Position numbers and translations under genes: made by a program. From Rebecca billardiae RCC1528 (Eukaryota; Protista; Haptophyta), in assembly GCA_965240325.2 (NCBI GenBank), contig OZ251231.1, positions 2,232,001-2,296,000 on the forward strand: a stretch of DNA of 64,000 nucleotides. The letters are read 5' to 3'. Shown in pieces: positions 1-11,913 of the stretch (the first letter of the stretch is position 1; each line of letters begins with the position of its first letter). Below the pieces are notes generated by a model that was given only the letters and a program-made list of their open reading frames with translations, had not been told where the DNA came from and ran no database searches.

Positions 1-1053
1 AAGCCGACGCCGGTTGGCGGCCTGCTCGGCGCGCGCACGGCCATCGGCGTCGCCGCGGGCTACTACTGCTCGCACGTCGTCAGCTCGGACGGCGAGCTCT
101 TCTCGTTCGGCGCGGGCAGCCTCGGCCGGCTCGGGCTGGGCGACGAGGCGGACCGGCATCTGCCCACGCGCGTGGAGGCGCTCGTCGAGGAGCGCGTGGT
201 AAGTGCCTCCGCTGGCGCGACCCACGGCTTTGCCACCACCCTCGACGGCAAGGCCTGGGCGTTTGGCAACGGCGCGTACGGCCGGCTCGGGCTCGGCGAC
301 GAGCAGTCGCACCTTGTGCCGACGTGCGTCAAGGCGCTGTCGGCCGAGCACGTGGTGAGCGTGTCGGCGGGGCTGGACCACTCGCTTTTCGTCACCGCCT
401 CGGGCGCGGCGTACTCGTGCGGCGGCGGCTGGTTCGGCCGGCTCGGCCACGGCGATCTCGCAGACGAGCTCACGCCGAGGCGCATCGGCGGCAGGCTGCT
501 TGGCAAGCGCGTCGTGGCGGCCGCGGCCGCGTGCCTGCACTCGCTCGTCGTCACGGCAGACGGCGAGCTGTACGCGTTCGGACGTGGCGACCACGGACGC
601 CTCGGCACGGGCAACACCTCGCTCCACCCTGCCACGCCCGAGCGCGTCCTGGGAGGCATTGAGCACGAGCGTGTCGTCGGCGCGTGCGCCGCGCTCAACT
701 CGTCCTCCGTCACGACGGCGTCGGGTGGCGTGTACACCTTCGGCTCGGGCGTGGGCGGGCTCCTGGGCCACGGCGACGGGCTGCGCCGATTGCGCCCGAC
801 GCGCATCGCCGAGCTGCGGGTTGGCGTGCACGCCGAGCAGGCCGAGGTCTGCCGGGCGCGCTCCAACACGACTGCGCCTGACCCGGCCGACGGCCGAAGC
901 AACGCACGTGCTTGCGCAGGCAACGAGTCGGGGCCGAGCGCAGGCGTGGCTGGCGGCTCCACCAACGCGCTGGACTTCATTCCACCACCCCAGCATGTCC
1001 CGTCATGCCGCCTGTCTTTTCACTCGCTCACCGATCTACATGAGTCCTGGTGA
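1..1053 (+). CDS. RCC1/BLIP-II repeat beta-propeller protein (5'-partial)
   Basis: Frame 1 is open from base 1. It carries repeated RCC1 units (VSAGLDHSLFVTASGAAYSCGGGWFGRLGHGD; ACLHSLVVTADGELYAFGRGDHGRLGTG). Stop at 1051-1053. Confidence 0.9.
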   Translation, partial: KPTPVGGLLGARTAIGVAAGYYCSHVVSSDGELFSFGAGSLGRLGLGDEADRHLPTRVEALVEERVVSASAGATHGFATTLDGKAWAFGNGAYGRLGLGDEQSHLVPTCVKALSAEHVVSVSAGLDHSLFVTASGAAYSCGGGWFGRLGHGDLADELTPRRIGGRLLGKRVVAAAAACLHSLVVTADGELYAFGRGDHGRLGTGNTSLHPATPERVLGGIEHERVVGACAALNSSSVTTASGGVYTFGSGVGGLLGHGDGLRRLRPTRIAELRVGVHAEQAEVCRARSNTTAPDPADGRSNARACAGNESGPSAGVAGGSTNALDFIPPPQHVPSCRLSFHSLTDLHESW

Positions 1054-1211
1054 CTTGGCGTCATCGCGCCCTTCGGAATGCACGCCGATCCGGATTCGGT
1101 TGCAGACTCAGCGGTCCGCGCGCGGTGGGCTGATAGCCTTACACGTACTGCTGCTGACAGTAGTCATCTAGCAGCTGACTATAGCTGATTCGAGGTTCCC
1201 TATCTGTATCA

Positions 1212-2835
1212 TCATCGCACGGTGGGTGCTGCCATTGTGACCGTGCTGCTGCTCTCCTGCTCGCGGAAGGCCGCGCAGCGCCGAAGCGCCACAGGATCTC
1301 CGCAGGGACGCTTGGACCCTGCAGTGCCGCGGAAGACCATGCTGTACGACGACTCCACGCCGCGCACCTCTGGAACAGTGTCGGTCGACACCATGCCAAA
1401 CGGGCAGCCCGGCGAGATCGCGCGAAAGAAGCGCGCGCGCCGCGTGCCGCCGCTCAGCTCGTGGTCGTCGTCGTCATCCTCATCGTCGAGTGCGTCGCCA
1501 AGGAGGCTCGCGTCGTGAGGGCTGCTAGCCACCCCCACGCCATCAGCGTTGGCGCTTGGGGAAGGCAGCGCGCCAACGCCGTGCGGCGTACAAGCCGCGT
1601 CCATCTCGTGCGCGAGCTGCCAGCCGTGCAGGTCGCTCGCAAGCCGCTCGGCCATGTCCACGCTGTCGCCGGGCGCAGTGGTCGCGCAGCTGCGCGTCTC
1701 CTCGTCCGCGCACAGCCACTCGGAGCGAAGCACGGAGTCCAGACTGGCGCGCTTGCACGGCTCGGCGACGAGCATCGAGTTGACAAGGGAAACGAGCGGC
1801 GCGGACCACGAGCACTCGCGAGAGTAGAACGAGTGGATCACGTGCACCGCCGACTTGCCGCAGCGCATCTCGTACTTGAGCCGCGCGAAGCGCCAGTCGC
1901 GCTGCGTCGCCTCGTCCAGCGGGAAGAAGCCCGCGCACATCGCGAAGAGGCAGATGCCGAGCGACCACACGTCGGCGGCGAAGCAGCCGTATCCCGCGTT
2001 GGCGCGCAGCACCTCGGGCCTGCGACGGCGTGAATGCGTGGGGGCGATCCGTGCACGCGCGCATGTGAGCACCTCGTGAGCGCGCTGCCGCGCCGTGTAT
2101 GGGGGCGCACGCAGGCGCGCAGGCAGGCCCATCGCAGGCGCGCGCGCAGCCACGCACGCTGCATAAGGGCGTGTGCCGCAAACGTCCTTCCAGCCACTGT
2201 CATCCCACGAGCCGTCATGGCACATCTTCTTCGTGTCCATCTTTGCCGCAAGGCCAAAGTCGAGCAGCTTGAGCTCCCCGTCCGGCGTGACGAGCACATT
2301 GTCGAGCTGCGCGGCGCGCGAGCCACGGCGCTGGGGGGGGGGGCAGCCGTGAGCATTCGGAGCCGCGGTGGAGGCGGGTGTGCACCGGGCAAGCGTCGTA
2401 CCGCGCGGCGCACACCTTGAGATCGCGGTGTGCGACACCCTTGCAGTGGCAATGCTTCACGGCGCGCACGAGCTCGAGGAAGAGCGGCCGCGCCTGCGAC
2501 TCGGTGAGCCGCCCCTGCGGATCGGTGTTGGTTGTCACGCGTTCGAAGAGCTCGCTGCCAGGCACGAGCTCCATGAAGACGTACGAGACGGCGCGCGCGT
2601 CGTCGTGGTGGTAGTCGAGAAGATCAACGATGTTCGGATGTCCGCGCACCGCCTCGAGCACCGAGCACTCGAGGTCAATCGCCTCGCGCGTGAACTGCGC
2701 CGTGTTGATGATCTTGCATGCGACCGCGCGGTCACCGTTCGCACGGTCGACGGCTCGCACGACGGCGCCGAACGCGCCCTCGCCGAGCAGAGCTTCCGGG
2801 TCCACTTCGAAGCGCTCCTTGATGATGATCGCCAT
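1212..2835 (-). CDS. Ser/Thr protein kinase (CAMK/SNF1-like), 3 exons: 2835-2416, 2306-2158, 2019-1212
   Basis: Motifs GEGAFG, VACK, HRDLK|LDN, DFG, YA|APE and DVWSLG. GT-AG introns 2415-2307 (109 nt) and 2157-2020 (138 nt) restore the HRDLKLDN and YAAPE motifs. Confidence 0.92.
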
Positions 2836-3144
2836 CGGCCGCTGAGAGCGCGTGCGCGTTGCAGTTGCTGGCCCGCTGCGGCGCCGGCCTTGTTGGGTCG
2901 GTCTTGATCTCGGACGCGGGCGTGCGTCCGACTACGGCCGCGCCGTAGTTTGCCTTCCCAAGTTTCAAGTTGGGTGCCCTTCAACTATCGACTCGTGGAC
3001 GGAAACTTCCGACCGGGTATTTTGGCGCGCCTTTATTCGTTCTTCAAGAAAACCTGCCGGTTCCGGGCCAAGGGTCCGGAATGCCCGGCGGACAAGCCGG
3101 AGCAATGGCGGCGGAGCCCGACCAAACGACCGACGGAGTACAAG

Positions 3145-5079
3145 ATGCGCCTGCCGAGGCTGAGGCCCGCCTCGAGGGCAGCGCCGCCGCCAGAGGTGTC
3201 GCCGCAGTGGCGGGTCGAGGTCAGCGTCGGTGGCGTGGCGACGCTCTTCCTGCTTGTCCTCATCGCACGACTTTTCGCGAGGCGCGCCCGGTCCGGGTCC
3301 ATCCGCCGTCGGTCGTCGGTCGCACAGGCATCCGTCGAGCGGCCCGCGACGAGCGGCGCCGCTGCCGTGGCGCCGCGGCTCGACCAGCGGCGCACGCCGT
3401 ACGTGTACGCCCTGCGCACCGCCTCGGCCCGCGTCCGCGCGCCCTTCTTCCTCGCGGGCCACAAGCTCGGCGCGAGGCTGCCGGCGAGCGCGCGCGCGCT
3501 GCTCGGCCGTGCCGCGCGGTACGACCTGCCTGAGCTGCCCGAGCTGGGCAACCTGCTCGCGCCGAGCGGCCCGCTCGCCGAGGCGCAGGCGCTCGCGGCC
3601 GACGCCTTTGGCGCGCGCCGCACCTGGTTCCTCGCCCACGGCTCCTCGGGCGGCGTGATGGCGGCCGTGCTCGCGTGCGTGCGGCTGAGCGGCCGGCGGC
3701 GCGTGCTGCTGCCGCGCACGGCGCACACGTCGGCGGTGCACGCGCTCGTGCACGCGGGCGCGACGCCCGTGTGGCTCACGCCCGAGCTCGACCCGTCCAC
3801 CGGCCTGCTCCTCGGCGTCGACGTGCCCACGACGCTCGCGCGCGCGCTCGAGGCGCACGGCGCGGACGCGGCGTGTGTGCTGCTGGTGAGCCCAACCCGC
3901 GAGGGCGCGCTCGGCGACATCGGCGCGGCGGCCGCGGCGTGCGAGGCGGCGGGCGTGCCGCTCGTCGTGGACGAGGCGCACGGCGCGCACCTCGGCCGCG
4001 CGCCCGGACTCCCGCCGCCCGCGCTCGCGCACGGCGCGCAGCTGGTCGTGCAGAGCACGCACACGTGCCTGGGCGCCCTCTCGCAGGCAGCCATGCTGCA
4101 CGCGGCCGAGGGCGGCGCGTGCGGCGCGCGCTGGGGCGAGGCGGCGCTCGACGCGGCGCTCTCCGAGGCGCTCGAGCTGCTCACATCCTCCCCGCCCTCC
4201 GCGCTGCTGCTCGCCTCGCTCGACGCGGCGCGCGCGCAGGTGGCCACCACCGGCCCCAATGGCGCCGGGGCGCCGGAGCTGCGCCGCGCCCTCGCCCTGG
4301 CCGCCAGCGCGCGCGAGGCCGTGCGCAGGCACCCCTCCGCATACCCTCCGCTCGTCGAGCCCGCGTGCCCCGCGCCCGGCTGCGCGGCGCTCGACCCGCT
4401 GCGCCTCACGTTCGCCGCGGCCGCGCCGCCGCTTTGCGCGCACGCCGCGCCGAGCGGGTACGACGGCGATGGCGGTTACGGCGGTTACGCCCTCGACGAG
4501 TATTTGGTCGAGCAGCACGGCGTGTACTGCGCGCTCGCCACGCGCGCACACGTGACGTTTGCGCTCGGGCCGGGCTCGACGCGCGCGCACGCGCGCCGGC
4601 TGCTGCGCGCGCTGCGTCGAGCCGTCGCCGACGCGGCGCGCCCACTCGCGGGTGGCAGCGCGGCGGCCGCCGCGGCGTCGGGTGGTGAGGCCAGCGGCGG
4701 GCCGGGCGCTGCGGCTGCTGGCGGCTTGCACGTGATGGCATGGGCCGGCGCCGTGCCCTCAGGGTCGGCCGCGTCGCCGCGCGACGCCTGCTACGCGCCC
4801 TCCGAGGCCGTGCCCGCCGCAGCGGCGGTCGGGCGCACGTGCGCCGAGCTCATCTGCGCATACCCGCCCGGAATTCCGGTGCTGGTGCCGGGCGAGCAGG
4901 TGCGCGCGGAGGCGCTCGCGCTGCTCGGGGCGGTGCTCGAGCGCGGCGGCGAGGTGACCGCGCGTGACCCGAGCCTCGAGACGCTGCGCGTCGTCGTGAC
5001 GCACACAGCCCATCGGACCGAGGCCGCGGGGCCCGGAGTGACCAGCGGTCACCGACCGGTCAGATACGGTAGTCCGTGA
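3145..5079 (+). CDS. Fold-type I PLP-dependent Orn/Lys/Arg decarboxylase homolog with an N-terminal hydrophobic segment; catalytic Lys replaced
   Basis: Motifs FFLAGHK, EAQALAADAFGARRTWFL, VDEAHGAH, QSTHTCL, LLASLD and the C-terminal YPPGIPVLVPGE. ATG at 3145. Confidence 0.85.
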   Translation: MRLPRLRPASRAAPPPEVSPQWRVEVSVGGVATLFLLVLIARLFARRARSGSIRRRSSVAQASVERPATSGAAAVAPRLDQRRTPYVYALRTASARVRAPFFLAGHKLGARLPASARALLGRAARYDLPELPELGNLLAPSGPLAEAQALAADAFGARRTWFLAHGSSGGVMAAVLACVRLSGRRRVLLPRTAHTSAVHALVHAGATPVWLTPELDPSTGLLLGVDVPTTLARALEAHGADAACVLLVSPTREGALGDIGAAAAACEAAGVPLVVDEAHGAHLGRAPGLPPPALAHGAQLVVQSTHTCLGALSQAAMLHAAEGGACGARWGEAALDAALSEALELLTSSPPSALLLASLDAARAQVATTGPNGAGAPELRRALALAASAREAVRRHPSAYPPLVEPACPAPGCAALDPLRLTFAAAAPPLCAHAAPSGYDGDGGYGGYALDEYLVEQHGVYCALATRAHVTFALGPGSTRAHARRLLRALRRAVADAARPLAGGSAAAAAASGGEASGGPGAAAAGGLHVMAWAGAVPSGSAASPRDACYAPSEAVPAAAAVGRTCAELICAYPPGIPVLVPGEQVRAEALALLGAVLERGGEVTARDPSLETLRVVVTHTAHRTEAAGPGVTSGHRPVRYGSP

Positions 5080-5520
5080 TCAGCAGCAGCAGAGTCATCA
5101 GTGTGCTCAGTGTAGCACTCAGTCAGTCAGCGTGGACGACTGTATCCGAAGACTGAAGACTACTTCGAAAGTAGCCTCATCAAGACTTCAAGTGACAAGA
5201 GTGAAAGAGCTCGGGGGAGACGACGCCGACGGCCGGCATCGTGCGGATATCGGATTATTGGAGCCCAGCGCATTTCCCATTTTCAAGCGCCATCGTGCGA
5301 GCTCGCTCGGTGCTCACTGCACTCACGAGCTCGGGCTGGCTGTGTCTCCCGCGCTGCGACACGCGCACGGCGGAAGGAGCCCACCTCGAGGCGAGGCGAG
5401 GGCTCGCGACGCGCGCGTGGCCGACGGCTTGGGTGGGCATCCTCGCATAGGCGGCGCAGACCGTCGCACGGTCCGTCGCCGGCACCCGCGCGGCTCTCGG
5501 CGCGGGCAGCCCTTGGAACG

Positions 5521-8500
5521 ATGGCGTCCGCGCAGTTTGCGTGGTCGCAGGCGGAGGTGAAGAAGGTGCGCGCGGTGCAGTTCGGCGTGCTCTCGCCGGA
5601 CGAGGTGAAGCAGATGTCGGTGGTGGAGGTCACCAACGCCGAGTGCTTCGTCAACGGCCGCCCCAAGCCCAAGGGGCTGTGCGACCTCAAGATGGGCACG
5701 CTCGACAGGCAGTGGATCTGCGAGACGTGCAACTGCGAGAACGACTGCCCCGGCCACTTCGGCCACCTGGAGCTGGCGCAGCCGGTGTACCACATCGGCT
5801 TCCTCAAGACCGTCCTGAACGTGCTCCGCGCCGTCTGCGTCAACTGCTCGCGCCTCCTCGCGCCCGAGGACGACGAGAAGCTGCTCGCGGCGCAGTTCAA
5901 GCGGCCGGAGCGGCGGATGGCGCACGTCGTGCGCGCGTGCCAGTCGCACAAGGTGTGCTCGGAGGAGTTCGGCTGCGGGCACGAGCAGCCCAGCACGATC
6001 CGCCGCGACGGGCTCCAGTTCATCTTCGAGTACAAGGAGAAGCAGGAGGTGCGCGGCGCGCGCGGCGCGCGCCCAGCCTGCCGCCGCCACGCGCCGCGCG
6101 CTCACGCGCGCCGCGGCCGGTGCGTGCGCGCCGCGCGCACGGCCCCGCTCGCGCAGGGCGGCGGCTCGGTGGTGCGCGAGAAGGTGACGGTCGAGGCCAC
6201 GCGCACCTACCAGATCTTCTCGCGCATCTCCGACGAGCACTGCGTGCTGCTCGGGCTGAACCCGCAGTACGCGCGCCCGGAGTGGCTGCTCGTGAAGGTG
6301 CTGCCCGTGCCGCCGCCGCAGGTGCGGCCGGGCGTCTTCTCGGGGTCGGGGCGGTCGGAGGACGACCTGACGCACAAGCTGGCGGACATCATCAAGGCGA
6401 ACGCCGCGCTGCGCGAGAACGAGCTCAAGGGCGCGCCCGCCATCGTGACCGCCGAGTTCCAGCGGCTGCTGCAGTACCACCACGCGACGCTGATCACCAA
6501 CACCTCTCCGCTCGTGCCGCGCCAGGCGACGAGCAAGTCGGGGCGGCCGCTCAAGGCGATCTCGGAGCGGCTGAAGGGGAAGCACGGCCGCATCCGCGGC
6601 AACCTGATGGGCAAGCGCGTCGACTTCTCCGCGCGCACCGTCATCACGCCCGACCCGAACCTCGCGATCGACCAGGTGGGCGTGCCGCGCTCGATCGCGT
6701 CCACGCTCACCTACCCCGAGATCGTCACGCCGTTCAACCTCGAGCGGCTGCAGGAGCTGGTGCACAACGGGCCGGCGGAGCTGCCCGGCGCGCTGCACAT
6801 CATCCGGCACGACGGCGTGCGCACCGACCTGCGCTACGCCACCAAGAAGGCCGACCAGCACCTGCAGGTCGGGTACCGCGTCGAGCGCCACCTGCAGGAC
6901 GGCGACGTCGTGCTCTTCAACCGGCAGCCCTCGCTGCACAAGATGAGCATCATGGCGCACCGGATCAAGATCATGCCGTACTCGACGTTCCGGCTCAACC
7001 TCTCCGTCACCTCGCCGTACAACGCCGACTTCGACGGCGACGAGATGAACCTGCACGTGCCGCAGACGATGGAGACGCGCGCCGAGGCGACTGAGATCAT
7101 GCTCGTGCCGCGCTGCATCGTCTCGCCGCAGTCGAACAAGCCGGTGATGGGCATCGTGCAGGACTCGCTGCTCGGCTCGCGCGGCTTCTCGAAGCGCGAC
7201 TGCTTCCTCGAGCGCGACCTCATGATGAACCTGTGCATGCACATCGACGCGTGGGACGGCAAGCTGCCGACGCCGGCGATCCTCAAGCCGCGGCCGCTGT
7301 GGACGGGCAAGCAGGTCGTCACGCTCTACCTGCCCAACATCAACCTCTCGGGCAAGAGCGCGACGTGGACGCGCTCGGAGCACAAGGTGCTCTCGGCGTC
7401 GGACACGGTCGTGCAGATCGTCGGCGGCGAGCTCATCTCGGGCATCCTCGACAAGAAGCTGATCGGCGCGTCCGCGGGCGGGATCGTGCACGTCTCGTTC
7501 CGCGAGCACGGCCCGTCGGCGGCGCGCGCCTTCCTCGGCCAGCACCAGAAGATCATCAACTACTGGATCATGCAGACGGGCGCGTCGATCGGCGTGGGCG
7601 ACACGGTGGCGGACGGCGAGACGATGGCCGAGATCTCGCGCATCATCTCCGCCTCGAAGGACGAGGTGAAGGCGCTCGTGCTGCAGGCGCAGCGCGCGTC
7701 GCTCGAGTGCCAGCCAGGCCGCACGATGCTCGAGTCGTTCGAGAACCGCGTGAACAAGGTGCTGAACGAGTGCCGCGACAACGCGGGGACGAAGGCGCAG
7801 AAGTCGCTGTTCGAGGTGAACAACTTCAAGAACATGGTCAACGCCGGCTCGAAGGGCTCCAACATCAACATCTCGCAGATCATCGGCTGCGTCGGCCAGC
7901 AGAACGTCGAGGGGAAGCGCATCCCGTACGGCTTCCGCAACCGCACGCTGCCGCACTTCACCAAGGACGACTTCGGGCCCGAGTCGCGCGGCTTCGTGGA
8001 GAACTCGTACCTGCGCGGGCTCACGCCGCAGGAGTTCTTCTTCCACGCGATGGGCGGCCGCGAGGGCCTCATCGACACCGCGGTCAAGACCTCCGAGACG
8101 GGGTACATCCAGCGGCGGCTCGTGAAGGCGATGGAGGACGTGATGGTCAAGTACGACGGCACCGTGCGCAACGCGCAGGGGCGCGTGCTGCAGTTCCTGT
8201 ACGGCGAGGACGGGATGGACGGCGGCACGCTGGAGAACCAGGAGTTCCGCTTCCTCGAGATGTCCGACGACGAGTTCCGCCGCGAGTACGTGTGGGACTT
8301 CACGCGGCCGGGCGCGTACGAGGGGTGGATCGAGCCAAGGCTGCTCGAGGAGTGCCGGCTGAGCGCCGACATCCGCGCCAAGCTGGAGGAGGAGTACAAG
8401 GCGCTCGAGGGCGCGCGCGAGACGCTGCGCCTGCGCGTGTTCCACGAGCAGCTCCAGCGCGCCGACCACACCACCACCTGGCCCATGGCCGTCAACCTCA

Positions 8501-11240
8501 CGCGGCTGCTGCAGAACGCGCGCCAGCTGTTCTCGCTCGACCTGCGCCGCCCGAGCAAGCTGCACCCGATGGCGGTGATCGGCATGACCGCCGAGCTGCT
8601 CGAGCGGCTGTCGGTGGTGCCCGGCGACGACCACATCTCGCAGACGGCGCAGCAGAACGCCACGACCAACTTCTTCGCGCTGCTGCGCGCCACGCTCCAC
8701 TCCAAGGTGCTGCTCAAGGAGCACCGGCTCTCCCCCGAGGCGTTTGAGTGGGTGCTGGGCGAGATTGAGAACAAGTTCAAGACGCACCTCGCGCAGCCGG
8801 GCGAGATGTGCGGCGCGCTCGCGGCGCAGTCGATCGGCGAGCCGGCGACGCAGATGACGCTCAACACCTTCCACTACGCCGGCGTCTCCTCCAAGAACGT
8901 CACGCTCGGCGTGCCGCGGCTCAAGGAGATCATCAACATCGCGAAGAAGCCCAAGACGCCCTCGCTCACCGTGTACCTCGCCGACAAGATCCGCTTCGAC
9001 TCGGACCAGGCGAAGCGGATCCAGACGCTGCTCGAGCACACGACGGTGCGCACGCTCGCGCTGTTCACCGAGGTCTGGTTCGACCCGCTCCCGCTCGACG
9101 GCAACCGCGTGATGGTCGAGTCGGACGAGGTGACCGTCGTGGAGGCGGACGCGGAGCTGGTGCGCAACTTTTACGACATCGAGCCGGACGACGTCGAGAT
9201 GGACAAGGTCTCGCCGTGGCTGCTGCGCATCGTGCTGAACAAGGAGGTGGTGAACGAGAAGAACGTGTCGATGGAGGAGATCGCGGCCAAGATCAACGAG
9301 GCCTTCGGCACCGACCTCCACGTCATCTTCACCGACATCAACGCGGACACGCTCGTGCTGCACGTGCGCACGTGCATCGACGAGCTCAACAAGCCGGGCG
9401 ACGACGGCGGCGCCGACGACTCGGCGGTCGACGACAACGTGGCGTTCCTCCGCTCGATCACCGAGACGATCCTCGACCTGACGCTGTGCGGCGTCGACGA
9501 GATCAAGCGCGTCTTCCTGCGCGAGGCCAAGGCCAACGTGCTCAACGAGAAGGGCGCGTACGAGCAGATCAACGAGTGGGTGCTGGACACGGAGGGCTCG
9601 GCGCTCATGCGCGTCATGTACGACTGCCCCGAGGTCGACCACCGCCGCACCACGTCGAACAACATCACCGAGATCTTCGAGGCGCTGGGGATCGAGGCGG
9701 TGCGCGCCGCGCTGCTCCGCGAGCTCCGCTCCGTCATCGAGTTCGACGGCTCGTACGTCAACTACCGCCACCTCGCGATCCTGTGCGACGCGATGACCAA
9801 CGCCGGCCACCTGATGGCCATCTCGCGGCACGGCATCAACCGAGGCGACGCGTCCACGATGACGCGCTGCTCGTTCGAGGAGACGGTGGACATCCTGATG
9901 GAGGCGGCGACGCTGGCGAACCGCGACGAGCTGAAGGGCGTCTCGGACAACATCATGATGGGCCGGCTCGCGCCGATCGGCACGGGCGAGTTCGACCTGT
10001 TCATCAACCAGCAGATGCTGCACGACGAGCTGCCCGACATCAGCGAGGAGACGGCCTTCTTGGACGCGGACGGCGGCGCGCTCGGGCCCGGCGGGTTCGC
10101 GGGGACGCAGACGCCGTTCAACGACGCGGGCACGCCGATGTACGCCTTCTCGCCCGCGGGCGGCGCCACGCCCGGCGGCGCGGGCGCCTTCTCGCCCTTC
10201 CCAGAGTCGCCGTTTGCGGGCGGCGGCGGCGGCGCGCAGTGGTCGCCGGTCGGCCAGGCGAGCCCGGGGGCTGGCCTCGGCGCGGGCGCGTTCAGCCCGT
10301 TCAGCCCGGCCTCGCCCGCGTACTCGCCCACCTCGCCGGCGTACTCGCCCACCTCGCCGGCGTACTCGCCCACGAGCCCAGCGTACTCGCCGACGTCGCC
10401 CGCGTACTCGCCGACGTCGCCAGCTTATTCGCCGACCTCGCCGGCCTACTCGCCCACATCACCGGCCTACTCCCCCACCTCACCCGCCTACTCGCCCACC
10501 TCACCCGCCTACTCGCCGACGTCGCCTGCCTACTCGCCCACCAGCCCGGCGTACTCACCTACGAGCCCGGCCTACTCGCCCACCAGCCCGGCCTACTCAC
10601 CCACGAGCCCGGCGTACTCGCCCACCTCTCCGGCGTACTCGCCCACGAGCCCAGCGTACTCGCCGACGTCGCCTGCCTACTCGCCCACTTCGCCGGCCTA
10701 TTCGCCGACCAGCCCGGCCTACTCGCCCACATCACCCGCCTACTCACCCACGTCACCCGCCTACTCACCCACCAGCCCAGCGTACTCACCGACGTCGCCA
10801 GCCTACTCGCCGACGTCGCCCGCGTACTCGCCCACATCGCCGGTGCGCGCTCAAGCTCCGCGCCCGTGCGCGCTCCTGCGCGCGTGCTCACTCCCCGGCT
10901 CTGCCGATGCGCCCGGCAGGCCTACTCGCCGACGTCGCCAGCCTACTCGCCGACGTCGCCCGCGTACTCGCCCACCTCGCCTGTGCGCGCACGCACGCGG
11001 CCGCGCACGCGCGGCTGTCCGGCGCCCGCCCGCGCCCACGCCGCCCGCCAACCCCGCTCACGCCGCCGCGCGCCGCGGCCGCGCCGGCAGGCGTACTCGC
11101 CAAACTCGCCGAGCTATTCGCCCACCTCGCCCAACATGGACGGGGGAGTGGCGCCGTCCGACCCAGCCGCGCCAGGCGCGAGCGGAGCGGGCGCGAGCGG
11201 ACAGACGCCGCGCGATCCGAGGTACAGCCCGACTCAATGA
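5521..11240 (+). CDS. RPB1: RNA polymerase II largest subunit; exons 5521-6048, 6157-10842, 10920-10982, 11091-11240
   Basis: Zn motif CETC..CPGHFGH, GNLMGKRVDF, catalytic NADFDGD (~7021), TQMTLNTFH and a heptad CTD. GT-AG introns 6049-6156, 10843-10919 and 10983-11090. Confidence 0.99.
10321..11135 (+). repeat. RPB1 CTD coding repeat: 28 x YSPTSPA followed by YSPNSPS and YSPTSPN
   Basis: 21-nt coding period with synonymous variation. The count is taken across the two CTD introns. Confidence 0.95.
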
Positions 11241-11913
11241 TGACGGCGCGATGTGTTGGCGTGCGCAACAAGCACAGCCGCGGATCACCGGCCCGGGCCT
11301 CCGGCCCCTTAGGCCTTAGGGCCGCCAGGCTCACTGCGCGACTCAGTCTCAGGCTACGTCGGAGACTGACGACCGGACTCAGACAGGGCTCAGACGCCAC
11401 GGCAGCCCACAGGCCCACAGCCATCACAGGTTTCTGATTCTTGCGCTTCAAGCTCGGCGCGACACTCCGTCGCGGGGGCCCTAACTCTGTGGCCCACTGG
11501 CCACTGGCAGTGGCACTGATGACGCACGGATGACGAGTCCGCTGGCAGAGGACCGGGTCAGCCCGTCAGGGCTCAGCACGTCAGGCCCTCACGGCCTCAG
11601 CCAGCCTTAGCCGGGCCTCGGGCTCGGACTCTGGCGGCGGTCGGTCGCGGCCAGTCCCATCAGTGCCGGAACTAGAGAGTCTGGTTCAATCACTCTGAAC
11701 TCTGAAGTCTCGGAGAAGTTGAGAGGCGGCCCGCGCGGGCATCAGCACCGTGCTGTCTGAAAAGTCACTATAGTCTGCTGCGTGCTGTAGTGATATGGCA
11801 GTGCATATATATTGTATATGTATGCGTCAGAGCTGGCAGCCTCGGGTCACAGGCGAGGGGGCGCACCGCGACAGCCTCCGCATGTCCAGAGTGTCTGACT
11901 CTGAACCGGGTGC

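Noticed and set aside
5323-10023. 1566-aa antisense ORF over RPB1, and similar giant shadow ORFs (14032-19716, 33863-37453, 57476-60823)
   Set aside because: Expected by-product of extreme GC3 bias, which removes stops from antisense and shifted frames. No recognisable motifs.
10843-11319. Arg-rich C-terminal extension of RPB1 in the ORF track
   Set aside because: This is read-through of intron 10843-10919. Splicing restores the heptads and gives a stop at 11240.
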